From the NCBI GenBank assembly GCA_034189745.1, contig JAXHUI010000003.1:15048-79047 (forward strand): a stretch of DNA of 64,000 nucleotides. Direction: 5' to 3'. Origin of the DNA: Pseudomonadota bacterium. GTDB lineage: Bacteria; Pseudomonadota; Gammaproteobacteria; Pseudomonadales; Balneatricaceae. Shown here piece after piece: positions 1-11,427 of this stretch. Position 1 is the first letter of the stretch. Every line of letters starts with the position of its first letter. The notes under the pieces are model-generated. The model saw nothing but the letters and a program-made list of their open reading frames with translations. It made no database searches and was not told the DNA's origin. A program made the position numbers and the translations under genes.

Positions 1-696
1 CACCTTGGAGATCCGCAGGCCGGTGGAGTAATCCTCCATGTAACGCTGCAACCGCGCCTGCATCTGCAGCGCGAGCGTTTCCCGCCCCTCGGTCAGGATA
101 CCGTGCATCTCGGAGGTGCCGACCACATGACGCAGTGCCGACTCCGAGGACTGCGCCAGGCTGTCGATGGGATCGCGAACCTTGAGAACGAACATGGCCG
201 GATCCGCGACCGCGTACTGCACCGTCATATCAATATCGACGATGTTTTCATCCGCGGTCAGCATCAATGAGCGGTGGTCATAGGAGCGGATACGGGTGGT
301 GTTCACCTTGGTGACCTCATCGATCAGCGGTGGATTCCACTGTAGCCCCGGTTGCACCGTGTCGTGATATTTGCCCAGCCGAAGCACGATGCCGCGCTCC
401 TGTTGATCGACGGTATAGAACCCCATCCCGGCCCAAAACAGGGCGGCCAGCACGATGATGACCACGAAGAAACCGCCCCCCCCAGCCCAGCCCGGGGTGT
501 TACCCGAGCCGCCACCGGAGCCGCCCTTGCGTTTGCCGCCCCCGAAAAGGCCGCCCAGGCGATCCTGCAGTTTGCGCAGCGCTTCATCCAGATCGGGTGG
601 CCCCTGATCGTTGCCACCTCGCTTGCCGCGGTTACCGCCGCCGCCACTCCAGGGGTCATGGTTGTTGCCATTTCCGCCGGGCTCATTCCAGGCCAT
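1..696 (-). CDS. hflK: FtsH protease modulator HflK, 5' part (runs off the left edge)
   Basis: Translated manually (not in the ORF track): MAWNEPGGNGNNHDPW..., Gly-rich linker, TM segment, then SPFH-domain text (LMLTADENIVDIDMTVQY, SESALRHVVG). Lies directly downstream of hflX. Confidence 0.93.
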   Translation of the reverse strand, partial: MAWNEPGGNGNNHDPWSGGGGNRGKRGGNDQGPPDLDEALRKLQDRLGGLFGGGKRKGGSGGGSGNTPGWAGGGGFFVVIIVLAALFWAGMGFYTVDQQERGIVLRLGKYHDTVQPGLQWNPPLIDEVTKVNTTRIRSYDHRSLMLTADENIVDIDMTVQYAVADPAMFVLKVRDPIDSLAQSSESALRHVVGTSEMHGILTEGRETLALQMQARLQRYMEDYSTGLRISKV

Positions 697-762
697 AGTG
701 TTCTCCGTAATTAACCGCTTGATTGACTGTCACCGATGCCATTGTCGCCGTAACCGACCCGC

Positions 763-2061
763 TTAGTCGACCCCTTGGGGCAGGTATTGTCTCTGGTCGA
801 TCCCCAATCGGCTGAGAATCCGTCTGAACTCTTTCATCTGCAATCTGACCTCCAGCTGCATCTGGCCGGTCTCATCCACCTCTTCGGTGAGCACCGCCCC
901 CTGCGCATAGAGCTGTGATCGCAGGCTGCCCTGTCCGGGCGTCAGGCTCAGCTTGCGCTGAAACATCTCCTCCCCCAGACGCTCGCTGATCGCCGCCAGC
1001 AGCAGATCGATCCCCTCTCCGCTGGCCGCCGACAGCCACACCCGCCAGGGGACGCCGTTCTCATCCCGGTCGATGCGGGGCTCGGCGTGGGGCAACCGGT
1101 CGATCTTGTTGTACACCTGCAGCACCGGCACCTCGGCCGCGCCGATCTCCGCCAGCACCGCTTCAACCTGTTCGATATGCCCGCGCCGCTCGTCGTCATG
1201 GCTGTCGATCAGATGCAGCAGCAGGGCCGCTTCGGTGGTTTCCTGCAAGGTGGCGCGGAAGGCCTCCACCAGCTTGTGGGGCAGATGGCGAATGAAACCA
1301 ACCGTATCGGCCAGAATGGCCGGCCCCACATCGGCCAACTCGATCTTGCGCAGGGTGGGGTCCAGGGTCGCAAACAGCTGATCGGCGGCATAGACGTTGG
1401 CCGAGGTCAACCGATTGAACAGGGTGGACTTGCCCGCGTTGGTGTAGCCCACCAGAGAGATGGTGGGCATGGCGGAGCGTGTTCGCGCCCGCCGCCCCTG
1501 CTCGCGCTGCTTGCGTACCTTTTCCAGCCGCTTGAGGATCGACTTGATACGGGCACGCAGCAAGCGGCGGTCGGTTTCCAGCTGCGTCTCACCGGGGCCG
1601 CGCAGGCCGATCCCCCCTTTCTGCCGCTCCAGGTGGGTCCAGCCCCGCACCAGCCGGGTCGACATGTGCTCGAGCTGGGCCAGCTCCACCTGCAGCTTGC
1701 CCTCATGGGTACGGGCCCGCTGGGCAAAAATATCCAGGATCAGACCGGTACGGTCCAGCACCCGGCACTGCAACTCCCGCTCCAGATTGCGCTCCTGCGC
1801 CGGGCTCAAGGCGTGGTTGAAGATCACCAGCTCCGCTTCATGCGCTCGCACCAGTTCGCCAAGCTCCTCCACCTTGCCTTTGCCAAGAAAGAATTTGGGG
1901 CTGGGATCGGCGCGCGATCCGGTCAGAAACTCAACCGGATCGGCGCCGGCGGAGAGGGCCAGCTCTTCCAGTTCACGGGGGTTTTCGCGATCGGCCTCAT
2001 GGGCCAGTTCGATATGGACGAGGATCGCGCGCTCGCCAGATTCAGGACGTTCGAAGAACAA
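763..2061 (-). CDS. hflX: Ribosome rescue GTPase HflX
   Basis: GPGETQLETDRR, GYTNAGKS, DQLFATLDPT, DTVGF, NKID motifs; hfq-hflX-hflK order. Confidence 0.97.
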   Translation of the reverse strand: MFFERPESGERAILVHIELAHEADRENPRELEELALSAGADPVEFLTGSRADPSPKFFLGKGKVEELGELVRAHEAELVIFNHALSPAQERNLERELQCRVLDRTGLILDIFAQRARTHEGKLQVELAQLEHMSTRLVRGWTHLERQKGGIGLRGPGETQLETDRRLLRARIKSILKRLEKVRKQREQGRRARTRSAMPTISLVGYTNAGKSTLFNRLTSANVYAADQLFATLDPTLRKIELADVGPAILADTVGFIRHLPHKLVEAFRATLQETTEAALLLHLIDSHDDERRGHIEQVEAVLAEIGAAEVPVLQVYNKIDRLPHAEPRIDRDENGVPWRVWLSAASGEGIDLLLAAISERLGEEMFQRKLSLTPGQGSLRSQLYAQGAVLTEEVDETGQMQLEVRLQMKEFRRILSRLGIDQRQYLPQGVD

Positions 2062-2069
2062 TTACGACC

Positions 2070-2309
2070 TCATTCAGCGGGTTTTTCCTCCGCCACGGGC
2101 AGTTTGACCGGACGGGAAGGCACCACTGTGGAAATAGCGTGTTTATAGACCATCTGGCTCACGGTGTTTTTCAGCAGCACCACGAACTGATCAAATGACT
2201 CGATCTGCCCCTGCAGCTTGATACCGTTCACCAGAAAGATGGATACCGGAACGCGTTCCTTACGCAGAAGATTAAGATAAGGGTCTTGTAGCGATTGCCC
2301 TTTTGACAT
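2070..2309 (-). CDS. hfq: RNA chaperone Hfq
   Basis: [30 protein letters not shown]...[10 protein letters not shown]. Confidence 0.99.
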   Translation of the reverse strand: MSKGQSLQDPYLNLLRKERVPVSIFLVNGIKLQGQIESFDQFVVLLKNTVSQMVYKHAISTVVPSRPVKLPVAEEKPAE

Positions 2310-2409
2310 TGCAAACTCCCTCCAGAATGGGTAACTGTGTCATGTAGTTGTAATCGATTCACTCGTTGCCGACGAGGCATCATACACCGGTATACTGAGT
2401 TTGCGCGCG

Positions 2410-2439
2410 ATTATAGCGTGAGTGGCACAGCATTGGCAG
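2410..2439 (-). promoter_or_regulatory. Candidate sigma70 promoter for hfq inside the miaA 3' end
   Basis: Minus-strand TATAAT (2410-2415) with CTGCCA (2434-2439) at 18-nt spacing; hfq promoters within miaA are known in E. coli. Confidence 0.4.
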
Positions 2440-3373
2440 GGTCGGCGAGTGTCAAGGCCCGCGAAACCAGATCGGCCGCCTCGCCATCGAGCCGCCGCAC
2501 CCCCGGCCAGCGGCGCAACCAGGTCAACTGCCGTTTGGCCAGCTGGCGGGTGGCCACTATCCCTTTGTGGCGCATCTCATCGCGGTCGTATTCGCCGCTG
2601 AACCAGGACCAGATCTGGCGATAGCCAACACAGCGGATCGACGGCAGCCGCGGGTGCAGATCCCCCCGCTCCCACAGCCGCCGCACCTCCTCCTCGAACC
2701 CCGAGGCCAACATCCGATCAAAACGCTGCTCGATCCGCCGGTGCAGCCGGGTACGCTCCGCCGGCAGCAGCGCCAGCGGCAAAATGGCGAAGGGGAGCTC
2801 CGCCTGCGCCTGTTCGCGCCAGTGCACCCCCAGCGGCTTGCCCGTCAATTCGAACACCTCCAATGCCCGCTGTAGCCGCTGGGCGTCGGTTGGCTTGAGT
2901 CGCCGCGCGCTCTCGGGGTCGATCCGGGCCAGACGCTCGTGCAGAGCCGGCCAGCCCCGTTCGGCCGCCTCGGCCTCGAGGCGGCGACGCAGCGCGGGGT
3001 CCGCCTCCGGCAGATCGGCCAGCCCCTGCTGCAGGGCGTTGAAATAGAGCATCGTGCCGCCCACCAGCAGCGGTATCCGCCCCCGCGCCTGAATGGCGGC
3101 GATTTCAGCCAACGCATCGGCTCGAAAGCGGGCCGCCGAGTAGCTCTCTGCCGGATCGAGCCTGTCCACCAGCCGGTGGGGATAGGCGCGCAACAGCTCC
3201 GGTGAGGGTTTGGCGGTGCCGATATCCATGCCGCGGTAGATCATGGCCGAGTCGACGCTGATCAGATCGCAGGGCAGGTGATCACACAACCGCATGGCCA
3301 GCTCGGTTTTACCCGACGCGGTCGGTCCCATCAGAAAAATCACCCGGGGTCGATTGCCGTTCGATGGCTGCAC
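2411..3373 (-). CDS. miaA: tRNA dimethylallyltransferase
   Basis: [42 protein letters not shown]. Confidence 0.97.
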   Translation of the reverse strand: MQPSNGNRPRVIFLMGPTASGKTELAMRLCDHLPCDLISVDSAMIYRGMDIGTAKPSPELLRAYPHRLVDRLDPAESYSAARFRADALAEIAAIQARGRIPLLVGGTMLYFNALQQGLADLPEADPALRRRLEAEAAERGWPALHERLARIDPESARRLKPTDAQRLQRALEVFELTGKPLGVHWREQAQAELPFAILPLALLPAERTRLHRRIEQRFDRMLASGFEEEVRRLWERGDLHPRLPSIRCVGYRQIWSWFSGEYDRDEMRHKGIVATRQLAKRQLTWLRRWPGVRRLDGEAADLVSRALTLADPANAVPLTL

Positions 3374-5172
3374 TATTCGCCTCGCATGAAGAGTTTATCC
3401 AGTTGCGCCAGACTCAGCTGGCTCCAGGTGGGTCGGCCGTGATTGCACTGGCCCGCGCGCTCGGTCTGCTCCATCTCGCGCAGCAGTGCGTTCATTTCGG
3501 CCAGCGTCAGCTGCCGATTGGCCCGCACCGCGGCATGGCAGGCCATGGTGGCCAACAGCTCATTCAAGTGCGCCTCGATCCGATCGCTCACCCCCACCCG
3601 GAGCAGATCCGCCAGCAGCTCATGCAGCAACCGGGCCACATCCGCCTTCGCCAACGCCACCGGCACCTCGCGGATCACCAGCGTCTCTTCGCCCATCCGC
3701 TGCACACGGAAACCCAGGCGTTCGAACGACTCCGGTTGCGCCTCCGCCAGATCCGCCTGCGCGCCGCTGACCGCCACGCTGACCGGAACCAACAACGGCT
3801 GACGGCGAATCTGCTCCTGTTCGAAGGCGCGTTTCAGCCGCTCATAAACGATCCGTTCGTGGGCCGCGTGCATATCCACCAACACCAGCCCCTGCGTGTT
3901 CTGCGACAAAATATAGATGCCGTGCAGCTGCGCCAGGGCGTAGCCCAGCGGCGGCGTCTCGACCCCCTGCCCGGCGGGCGCGGGCGCCTCCCCCGCCGGG
4001 TGCAGGGCCCCGTAGGCCCGCAGCTGCTCCTGCACCCCTGCAGCGGCGGGCGGGTGCCCACCCCGGTGGGAGGGAACCGGGGTGGCACTCATGCCGGGCT
4101 GAACCCAGCTCGCCGGGGCTGGAACCGCTGCCGCACCGGTGGAAGGGACACCCTCGTGTTGAGGGCGCAGTTGGGCGATGGTGCGGTAGAGGGTGCGAAA
4201 GATGAAATCATGCACCAGCCGGCTTTCACGAAAGCGCACCTCATGTTTGGTCGGGTGTACATTGACATCCACCAGCGCCGGGTCGAGCTCCAGGTAAAGC
4301 ACATAGGCCGGGTGGCGGCCCTGAAAGAGCACATCCTGATACGCCTGGCGCACCGCATGGGTCACAACCTTGTCACGAATGACCCGGCCATTGACGAAAA
4401 AATACTGCTGATCCGGTTGTGCCCGGGAACAGGTCGGCAGCCCCATCCAGCCCCACAGACGTAGCCCGGACGCCTCGGCCTGCAGATCCAGCGCCACCGA
4501 CTCGGCCACAAACGTCTTGCCCAGCAACTGGGCGAGGCGCTGCTCACGGGCCGCCTCACGGGTGGCGGCGCGCAGCTGATGCACCATTTTGCCGTTGTGG
4601 CGCAGGCTGAACCCGACCTGGTAACGGCTCAGGGCGAGCCGCTTCACCACCTCCTCCAGGTGACGAAATTCGGTCTTTTCGGTTTTCAGGAACTTGCGCC
4701 GGGCCGGGGTGTTGAAGAACAGATCACGCACCTCCACCGTGGTGCCGGTGGGGTGTGCCGCGGGCATGATCTCGGCCACCATCTCCCGCCCCTGCGCGGA
4801 CACGGCCCAGCCGCTCTCCTGCTGCGGCGGCCGGGAGATCAGGGTCAAGCGGGACACGGAGCTGATGCTGGCCAGCGCCTCGCCCCGAAAGCCGAGACTG
4901 GCGACAGCCTCCAGATCCTCGAGCAGGGTGATTTTGGAGGTGGCGTGTCGGTTCAGGGCCAGGGGCAGGTCCGCCTTGTCGATACCGCTGCCATTGTCAC
5001 GCAGGCGGATCAGCTTGACGCCCCCCTGCTCGATGTCGAGCTCGACCCGGTCGGCGCCCGAGTCCAGACTGTTTTCCAGCAACTCCTTGACCACCGAGGC
5101 GGGCCGCTCGACGACCTCGCCGGCGGCGATCTGGTTGGCCAGCTGGGGGGAAAGAAGATGGATGCGTGTCAT
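3373..5172 (-). CDS. mutL: DNA mismatch repair protein MutL
   Basis: [61 protein letters not shown]. Confidence 0.98.
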   Translation of the reverse strand: MTRIHLLSPQLANQIAAGEVVERPASVVKELLENSLDSGADRVELDIEQGGVKLIRLRDNGSGIDKADLPLALNRHATSKITLLEDLEAVASLGFRGEALASISSVSRLTLISRPPQQESGWAVSAQGREMVAEIMPAAHPTGTTVEVRDLFFNTPARRKFLKTEKTEFRHLEEVVKRLALSRYQVGFSLRHNGKMVHQLRAATREAAREQRLAQLLGKTFVAESVALDLQAEASGLRLWGWMGLPTCSRAQPDQQYFFVNGRVIRDKVVTHAVRQAYQDVLFQGRHPAYVLYLELDPALVDVNVHPTKHEVRFRESRLVHDFIFRTLYRTIAQLRPQHEGVPSTGAAAVPAPASWVQPGMSATPVPSHRGGHPPAAAGVQEQLRAYGALHPAGEAPAPAGQGVETPPLGYALAQLHGIYILSQNTQGLVLVDMHAAHERIVYERLKRAFEQEQIRRQPLLVPVSVAVSGAQADLAEAQPESFERLGFRVQRMGEETLVIREVPVALAKADVARLLHELLADLLRVGVSDRIEAHLNELLATMACHAAVRANRQLTLAEMNALLREMEQTERAGQCNHGRPTWSQLSLAQLDKLFMRGE

Positions 5173-5188
5173 CGAAAACCTGTCGGGA

Positions 5189-6526
5189 TCAGCCGGTCGG
5201 AATGCGCAGCACTTGGCCGACGCGGATCTGGTCGCTGCTGAGTTGATTCACCTGCCGCAGCCGCTGCAGTGAAACCCCGTTGCGCTGGGCGATGACAGAG
5301 AGGGTATCACCGGAGACCACTTTATAGAGCCGTTCGCCGCTGGCCAGTTGACCACCGGAGTGTTTTACCCAGGCGATGTAGCTGCCGGTGGGGGGTTTTT
5401 CCCAGAAGTGGCCGGTTATGCCGCGAAAGATCGACTGCGCCATCTGACGCTGGTAGCGGGCGGTTTTCAGTTTGCGCGCCTCCTGCGGATTGGAGATGAA
5501 ACCGGTTTCAACCAGAATCGACGGGATGTCGGGGGATTTCAGCACCACGAAGCCGGCCTGCTCCACCCGTTTTTTGTGCATGTGGGCAAAGTTGGCCATA
5601 TCGGTATGAATTCGGGAGGCGACCTGATAACTGTCCTTACGGCTGGCATTCATCGACATATCGAGCAATACGCTGGCCAACATATCATCCTTGTCATCCA
5701 GACTGAGGCTGCCGACGCCACCGATCAGGTCGGCGCTGTTTTCGCGCTGGGCCAACCAGCGGCCCATCTCACTGGTGGCTCCCCGCCCCGACAGCACCCA
5801 GACCGAAGCCCCACGGGCGCGAGCATCCCGGAAAGCATCCGCGTGGATGGAGACGAACAGATCGGCGTTGCTCTGGCGCGCCTTCTGGGTACGGCCACGC
5901 AAGCTGATGTAGTAGTCTCCCGTGCGGGTCAGCACGGCCCGGTAGCCGCGCTCGGCATCGATCAACCGCTCGAGTTCCTTGGCGATCCTGAGCACCACCG
6001 CCTTCTCCTTGATGCCACCGGGGCCGATGGCGCCGGGATCCTCCCCGCCGTGCCCGGCATCGATCACGATCACCAGATCCCGTTTGCTCTCCCCGCCCGG
6101 CACCGGCACCACGGATCGGGTCACGACCGCTTCCTCGCCCATCCCCAGATCGACCACCAGACGATGGCCATACTGCTCATTCGGTTTCAAGTCGAAACTC
6201 TTGGGGCGCACCTCGCCGTTGAGATCCAGCACGATTCGCACGCCATCTCCACGCGGGCCGTGGCGGATCTGGCTGACCGGGCTGCCCTCCAGCCCCAACC
6301 CTTCCAGGGAGGCGTTCAGCTTCACATGCTCGATATCGATGACCACCCGCTCGGGGTCCGACAGGGTGAACAGCTTGTGCTCGACCGGCCCGCTGAGGTC
6401 GAACACCAAGCGGGTGTTGTCCGGCGCCAGCCAGGCACGGACATTTTGAATCTCCTGCGCCGCCTGAGCGAGCGGCACCAGCATCAGCAGCAGGAGTGAG
6501 CTCAGCAGTATGCGCACGTTATTCAT
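5189..6526 (-). CDS. amiB: N-acetylmuramoyl-L-alanine amidase (AMIN + Amidase_3 + C-terminal LysM)
   Basis: Signal peptide from MNNVRILL (start overlaps the tsaE stop); IDAGHGG, SIHADA, ILVETGF; Lys[11 protein letters not shown]. Confidence 0.92.
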   Translation of the reverse strand: MNNVRILLSSLLLLMLVPLAQAAQEIQNVRAWLAPDNTRLVFDLSGPVEHKLFTLSDPERVVIDIEHVKLNASLEGLGLEGSPVSQIRHGPRGDGVRIVLDLNGEVRPKSFDLKPNEQYGHRLVVDLGMGEEAVVTRSVVPVPGGESKRDLVIVIDAGHGGEDPGAIGPGGIKEKAVVLRIAKELERLIDAERGYRAVLTRTGDYYISLRGRTQKARQSNADLFVSIHADAFRDARARGASVWVLSGRGATSEMGRWLAQRENSADLIGGVGSLSLDDKDDMLASVLLDMSMNASRKDSYQVASRIHTDMANFAHMHKKRVEQAGFVVLKSPDIPSILVETGFISNPQEARKLKTARYQRQMAQSIFRGITGHFWEKPPTGSYIAWVKHSGGQLASGERLYKVVSGDTLSVIAQRNGVSLQRLRQVNQLSSDQIRVGQVLRIPTG

Positions 6527-7026
6527 CAGCCCGTATCCGAATTGCGGATCTTCCACAGCGTATCGGCCATGGTGGCCCCCTTTTGAGTGTGACTTCGCAG
6601 GCGTAATCTGCGCCCGCTCCCCTCGAGGGTGAGCCCGATCTCGAGATCGGCTAGCGGTAACAGCGGCTCGCCCCGCTGGGGCCATTCGATCAAACAGAGC
6701 GCGTCACTGTCAAAGTAGTCACGGATGCCGAGATATTCCAGCTCCTCGGGATCACCGAGTCGGTACAGGTCGAAATGGTATACGACACCGGCGGGCGTCT
6801 CATAGGGCTCGACCAGGGTGTAGGTCGGGCTCTTCACCGCCCCTCGGTGGCCACAGCCGAGCAGCACCCCACGCGTGAAGGTGGTTTTGCCCACTCCCAG
6901 CTCACCCAGCAGAAAGATGATGGCTCCACCGCTCACCGCCCGGGCCAGCTGCGCGCCGCAACGGACCGTTTCGGCTTCATCGGCCAGGAAAAGTTCCCTC
7001 TGCGGCCCAGCTTCAATCGAGCCCAT
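6526..7026 (-). CDS. tsaE: t6A biosynthesis ATPase TsaE
   Basis: GELGVGKT, VKSPTYTLVEPY, HFDLYRL, IEWP. Confidence 0.96.
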   Translation of the reverse strand: MGSIEAGPQRELFLADEAETVRCGAQLARAVSGGAIIFLLGELGVGKTTFTRGVLLGCGHRGAVKSPTYTLVEPYETPAGVVYHFDLYRLGDPEELEYLGIRDYFDSDALCLIEWPQRGEPLLPLADLEIGLTLEGSGRRLRLRSHTQKGATMADTLWKIRNSDTG

Positions 7027-8518
7027 TGAGCACTCGCCTCACCCGCTCGGCCAGATCGGTTGCCAGCAACCCCCGCTCCCCCTGCTCCTGGGCACACAGG
7101 TCGGCGGCTCGGGCATGGGCATAGACACCGACGCGGGCCGCATCGATCGGGCTCAGTCGCTGTGCCCGCAGGGCGGCGATGACGCCGGAGAGCAGATCCC
7201 CCATGCCACCACAGGCCATCCCCGGATTGCCGGCACTGCACAGATGCAAGCCGTCGCCATCGAAACTCAGGCTGCCGGCTCCCTTGAGCACCACGGTACC
7301 GCCCAGTTGCCGTTGCAGCTCACGCACCGCCCGAAAACGGTCCCGCTCTATCTGCGCGACCTGCTGGCCCAGCAGGCGGGCCGCTTCTCCCGGGTGCGGG
7401 GTGAGAATCCAGTCATGCCGCCCGGCCTGCAGATGTCGCCGCTGTGACAACAGGTTGAGCGCATCCGCATCCAGCAGCAGCGGTTTGCCACTGGCGAGCG
7501 CCAGCTGCAGCAGCTGCTCGCCCCACGCCCCTTGCCCCAGGCCCGGGCCGACCAGTAACAGATCGGGCCGCGCCAGCAAAGGCTGTAACGCCTGACCGGA
7601 ATCGATCCCGGTGGCCATCACTTCGGGGGTTCGGCTCAGTGCCGCTGGCAGATGTTCAGGCCGGGTCGCCAGCGATACCAGCCCCGCTCCGCTGCGAGCG
7701 GCCGCCTGCGCGGCTATCAGCGCCGCCCCCCCCATACCGTGATCACCACCGATCACCAGCAGATGACCGAACGCTCCCTTGTGCGCGGAGCGCCGGCGCG
7801 GCGGCAGCAGCTTGACCAGGTCGTCCCGGTCGGTGCGGAAGGCGCTGGGGGATATCTCCTCGTACACCTCATCCGGCAGCAGCAGAGCGTCAAACGTCAA
7901 TTCCCCGCAATGATCCACCCCCGCGTGGGTCAGCAACCCCTGTTTGAGGGCGATGAAGGTCACCGTCACGTCCGCCTCGATCGCCACCCCCAACACGGCA
8001 CCGGTATCGCTGCAGAGGCCGGAGGGAATGTCCACGGCCAGTACCGGCCGATGGCTGCGATTGAACTGCCCGATCAGCTCGGCGGTTTCACCCCCGACCT
8101 CACCCTCGATGCCGGTGCCCAGCAGGGCATCCACCAGCACATCGCCGCACAACTCCGTGCCGGGGCGCCAGCGCTGGGGCTGCACCCCCACCGCCTGGGC
8201 CCAGCGCCAGGCGGCCAGCGCCTCGCCCCGCAGCCGCTCGGCGTAGTCGTCCGCCAGCACCAGTAACTGCACCCGCATCCCCCGCTGCCGGGCCAGTCCG
8301 GCCACGACCAGGCCATCGCCACCGTTGTTGCCGCCACCGCAAGCGATGGTCAGGCAGCGCGCCCGCGGCCAGCGCCGGAGCAACTCGGCAAAGGCGGCAT
8401 GACCCGCTCGCTGCATCAGGCGAAACCCGGGGATATCGAACCGCTCGATGGCGATCCGATCCAGGGCGCGGCTCTGGGCTGCTGTGTATAATGCGCTGGG
8501 CAGGCTCGATCTGCTCAT
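7013..8518 (-). CDS. nnr: Bifunctional NAD(P)HX epimerase/dehydratase (YjeF)
   Basis: GGGNNGGDG, DALLGTG, AVDIPSG, HKGAFG, LTPHPGEAARLL, GGMGDLLSG. Confidence 0.95.
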   Translation of the reverse strand: MSRSSLPSALYTAAQSRALDRIAIERFDIPGFRLMQRAGHAAFAELLRRWPRARCLTIACGGGNNGGDGLVVAGLARQRGMRVQLLVLADDYAERLRGEALAAWRWAQAVGVQPQRWRPGTELCGDVLVDALLGTGIEGEVGGETAELIGQFNRSHRPVLAVDIPSGLCSDTGAVLGVAIEADVTVTFIALKQGLLTHAGVDHCGELTFDALLLPDEVYEEISPSAFRTDRDDLVKLLPPRRRSAHKGAFGHLLVIGGDHGMGGAALIAAQAAARSGAGLVSLATRPEHLPAALSRTPEVMATGIDSGQALQPLLARPDLLLVGPGLGQGAWGEQLLQLALASGKPLLLDADALNLLSQRRHLQAGRHDWILTPHPGEAARLLGQQVAQIERDRFRAVRELQRQLGGTVVLKGAGSLSFDGDGLHLCSAGNPGMACGGMGDLLSGVIAALRAQRLSPIDAARVGVYAHARAADLCAQEQGERGLLATDLAERVRRVLNGLD

Positions 8519-8547
8519 GATTGACAAACTCCTATTCCTGTCGGTCC

Positions 8548-8553
8548 ATTATA
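8548..8553 (-). promoter_or_regulatory. Candidate -10 hexamer for the nnr-tsaE-amiB-mutL operon
   Basis: Perfect TATAAT on the minus strand about 30 nt upstream of the nnr ATG, followed by an AGGAG RBS; -35 match is poor. Confidence 0.35.
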
Positions 8554-8592
8554 AAGAGTGGATGGACCGAGTGCGATGGCAACCGTTTCCCC

Positions 8593-9720
8593 ATGTCTGA
8601 CTACCCACCCGAACAGCTGCAGCAGATCGCTCAAGCGCTGCAGCGCAAGGCCCGCCAACTGGGCTTTCACGATTGCGCCATCACCCGGCCCGACGCCAGC
8701 GCCGAACGGGAACCCTACCTACGCTGGCTGGCGGCGGGGTATCACGCCGAGATGGGATACCTGACCCGGAATCTGGAGAAACGGTTCGATCCCACGCGGC
8801 TACTGCCGGGCACCCGCCGCATCATTGTGCTGCGGATGAATTATCTGCCGCCAGCGCCGCTCACCGCGGTGCTGCGCGATCCGGATCGGGCCTACATCGC
8901 CCGTTACGCGCTGGGACGCGACTACCACAAACTGATGCGCCAGCGGCTGAAACAGCTCGGCCGCTGGCTCAACGATCAGGTGGAGGGGGTGGAGGTGCAG
9001 TTTCGCCCCTTCGTGGACAGCGCGCCGATTCTGGAGCGGGCGCTGGCACGCAACGCCGGGCTGGGCTGGATCGGCAAACATACCCTGCTGCTCGATCGCC
9101 GGGCCGGTTCATGGTTTTTGCTAGGTGAGCTGTTCATCGACCTCCCCCTCCCGGTGGAGGGTGCGGCGGCGCAGCCGCACTGCGGCCGCTGCCGTGCCTG
9201 TCTGGATGTGTGCCCGACCAACGCCTTTCCCGAGCCCTATCGGCTCGACGCCCGCCGCTGCATCTCCTATCTGACCATCGAGCACAGGGGCAGCATCCCG
9301 CACGAGCTGCGCCCCCTGATGGGCAATCGCATTTTCGGCTGTGACGACTGTCAGCTGATCTGCCCCTGGAACCGCTTCGCCCGACGCTCCAGCGAGGCCG
9401 ATTTCCAGCCCCGCCATGGACTTGATACGGCCGCGCTGCTGGAGCTGTTTCTCTGGGACGAGGCCACTTTTCTGGCGCGCACGGAGGGGTCGGCGATCCG
9501 CCGGGCCGGCTATGAAAGCTGGCAGCGCAATCTGGCGGTGGCGCTGGGCAACGGTAGCGGCGGCGCGGCGGTGGAGGCGGCGCTGCACCAGCGCCGCGCC
9601 ACCGCCGCAGAGCTGCTGCGCGAGCATATCGACTGGGCCCTGCAGCAACTGCGTGAGCGCACCAAGGCGCGCCCCCTGCCGCTGCTCGATCACCCCGGCG
9701 CGGGCCGCCTGCCGGAGTAG
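8593..9720 (+). CDS. queG: Epoxyqueuosine reductase QueG
   Basis: ARYALGRDYHKLMR, FVDSAPILER, GWIGKH, CGRCRACLDVCP, CISYLTIE, GCDDCQLICPWN; divergent from nnr. Confidence 0.96.
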   Translation: MSDYPPEQLQQIAQALQRKARQLGFHDCAITRPDASAEREPYLRWLAAGYHAEMGYLTRNLEKRFDPTRLLPGTRRIIVLRMNYLPPAPLTAVLRDPDRAYIARYALGRDYHKLMRQRLKQLGRWLNDQVEGVEVQFRPFVDSAPILERALARNAGLGWIGKHTLLLDRRAGSWFLLGELFIDLPLPVEGAAAQPHCGRCRACLDVCPTNAFPEPYRLDARRCISYLTIEHRGSIPHELRPLMGNRIFGCDDCQLICPWNRFARRSSEADFQPRHGLDTAALLELFLWDEATFLARTEGSAIRRAGYESWQRNLAVALGNGSGGAAVEAALHQRRATAAELLREHIDWALQQLRERTKARPLPLLDHPGAGRLPE

Positions 9721-9739
9721 GCCGCGTGTGGGCGCCGCC

Positions 9740-10282
9740 TCACAGGCGGAAAAAATGGCGCCGGTAGTAGCGCAGCTCTTCGATCGACTCGCGGATATCA
9801 TCCAGCGCCAGATGGGTGTTGTTCTTCTTGAAGCCATCCATGATGCCGGGCTTCCAGCGCCGCGCCAGCTCCTTGATGGTGCTCACATCGAGGTTGCGAT
9901 AATGAAAAAACGCCTCCAGTTCCGGCATATAGCGGCAGAGAAATCGGCGATCCTGGCCGATGCTGTTACCGCACATGGGGGAGGCTCCCGGTTCGCTGTG
10001 CTGGCGCAGAAACGCCAGCATCCGCTGCTGCGCCTCCGCTTCGGAGATGGTGCTGGCGCGGACCCGGTCGGTCAGCCCGGACTGGCCGTGCTGGCGGGTG
10101 CACCACGCATCCATGTGTGACAACACCGCATCCGGCTGATGTACGGCGAGCACCGGCCCCTCCGCCACCAGGTTCAGATCGCTATCGGTCACGATGGCCG
10201 CCATCTCGATGATGCGGTCGGTGTCAGGATTCAGGCCGGTCATCTCCAGATCGACCCAAACCAGATTGTCCTTCAGTGCCAT
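9740..10282 (-). CDS. orn: Oligoribonuclease
   Basis: [43 protein letters not shown]. Confidence 0.97.
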   Translation of the reverse strand: MALKDNLVWVDLEMTGLNPDTDRIIEMAAIVTDSDLNLVAEGPVLAVHQPDAVLSHMDAWCTRQHGQSGLTDRVRASTISEAEAQQRMLAFLRQHSEPGASPMCGNSIGQDRRFLCRYMPELEAFFHYRNLDVSTIKELARRWKPGIMDGFKKNNTHLALDDIRESIEELRYYRRHFFRL

Positions 10283-10378
10283 GCACCCTTTCTCCCCTGG
10301 CCAGACTGTCAATTTTTCCCGCTTTGGAATACCTTAGCACGTCAACCAACAAAGCTGTGAGCGAGTGATAACCGCCGG

Positions 10379-11404
10379 ATGGGAAAACGCAAGGTCAGTC
10401 GTCGTCAGGCGTGGCGCATCGACAGGATTCAGTCCGAACGCGCAGCCCGTGCCACGCGCCAGGATGCCCTGGTCGAGGCGCAACTGGAGGGGGGCGAGTT
10501 GGGCCCCGAACAGGAGGGGCTGATCGTCGCCCATTTCGGCCGCCAGGTCGAGCTGGAGCCCCTCGAAAGTGGCCGCGGCGGGGCGTGTGTGCGCTGCCAC
10601 CTGCGCACCCACCTGGGTCAACTGGTCACCGGCGATCGCGTCATCTGGCGGCGCACGCCGGATGGTGGTGTTGTGGTGGCCGCCCTCGACCGCCGCAGTG
10701 AGCTGCTGCGGCCCAATAACTACGGTGAGCTGAAACCGGTGGCCGCCAATATCGACCTCATCATCCTCGTGATCGCGGTCGAGCCCCACCCCCACGCCAA
10801 CCTGATCGACCGTTATCTGGTCGCCGCCGCGGCCAGCGCGATCGAGCCGGTACTGCTGCTGAACAAGGCCGACCTGCTCGACGCTGACAACCGCCGACGA
10901 CTCGACCCGCTGCTGGAGCTGTACCACTCCCTGGGCTATCGCACCCTGCAGGCATCCACCGCCAGTCAGCACGGTCTGGACCAGCTGCGGGCGCTCCTGG
11001 CCGGCCATACCAGTGCCTTTGTGGGCCAGTCCGGGGTGGGAAAATCCTCCCTGATCAACAGCCTGCTGCCGGCTGCCGCTCTGCGCGTGGGCGTCCTCTC
11101 CGAGCAGTCGCGCACGGGTCGCCACACCACGACGACGGCGCGCTTGTTCCACCTTCCGGGGGGCGGTGATCTGATCGACTCCCCCGGCATCCGCGAGTTT
11201 GGCCTCTGGCACATGAGCCAAGAGCAGGTGCTGAGCGGCTTTCGTGAGTTGGCGCAACTGCAGGGGCAGTGCCGCTTCCGCGACTGCCGCCATGAACAGG
11301 AGCCGGGCTGTGCATTTCGTGCGGCGGTGGTCGACGGCCGCGTCAGTGAGCAGCGCTTCAACAGCTACCGGCAAATTCTCGATTCGATGCAGAACAAACG
11401 CTAA
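10379..11404 (+). CDS. rsgA: 30S biogenesis GTPase RsgA
   Basis: NKAD, GQSGVGKSS, GRHTTT, DSPGIREF, CRFRDCRHEQEPGC zinc site. Confidence 0.96.
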   Translation: MGKRKVSRRQAWRIDRIQSERAARATRQDALVEAQLEGGELGPEQEGLIVAHFGRQVELEPLESGRGGACVRCHLRTHLGQLVTGDRVIWRRTPDGGVVVAALDRRSELLRPNNYGELKPVAANIDLIILVIAVEPHPHANLIDRYLVAAAASAIEPVLLLNKADLLDADNRRRLDPLLELYHSLGYRTLQASTASQHGLDQLRALLAGHTSAFVGQSGVGKSSLINSLLPAAALRVGVLSEQSRTGRHTTTTARLFHLPGGGDLIDSPGIREFGLWHMSQEQVLSGFRELAQLQGQCRFRDCRHEQEPGCAFRAAVVDGRVSEQRFNSYRQILDSMQNKR

Positions 11405-11427
11405 CCGAAGGAGGACGCGGCACAGCC

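Noticed and set aside
8521-8555. TTGACA plus TATAAA as a queG promoter
   Set aside because: Spacing is 23 nt; the TTGACA overlaps the nnr leader and is probably incidental.
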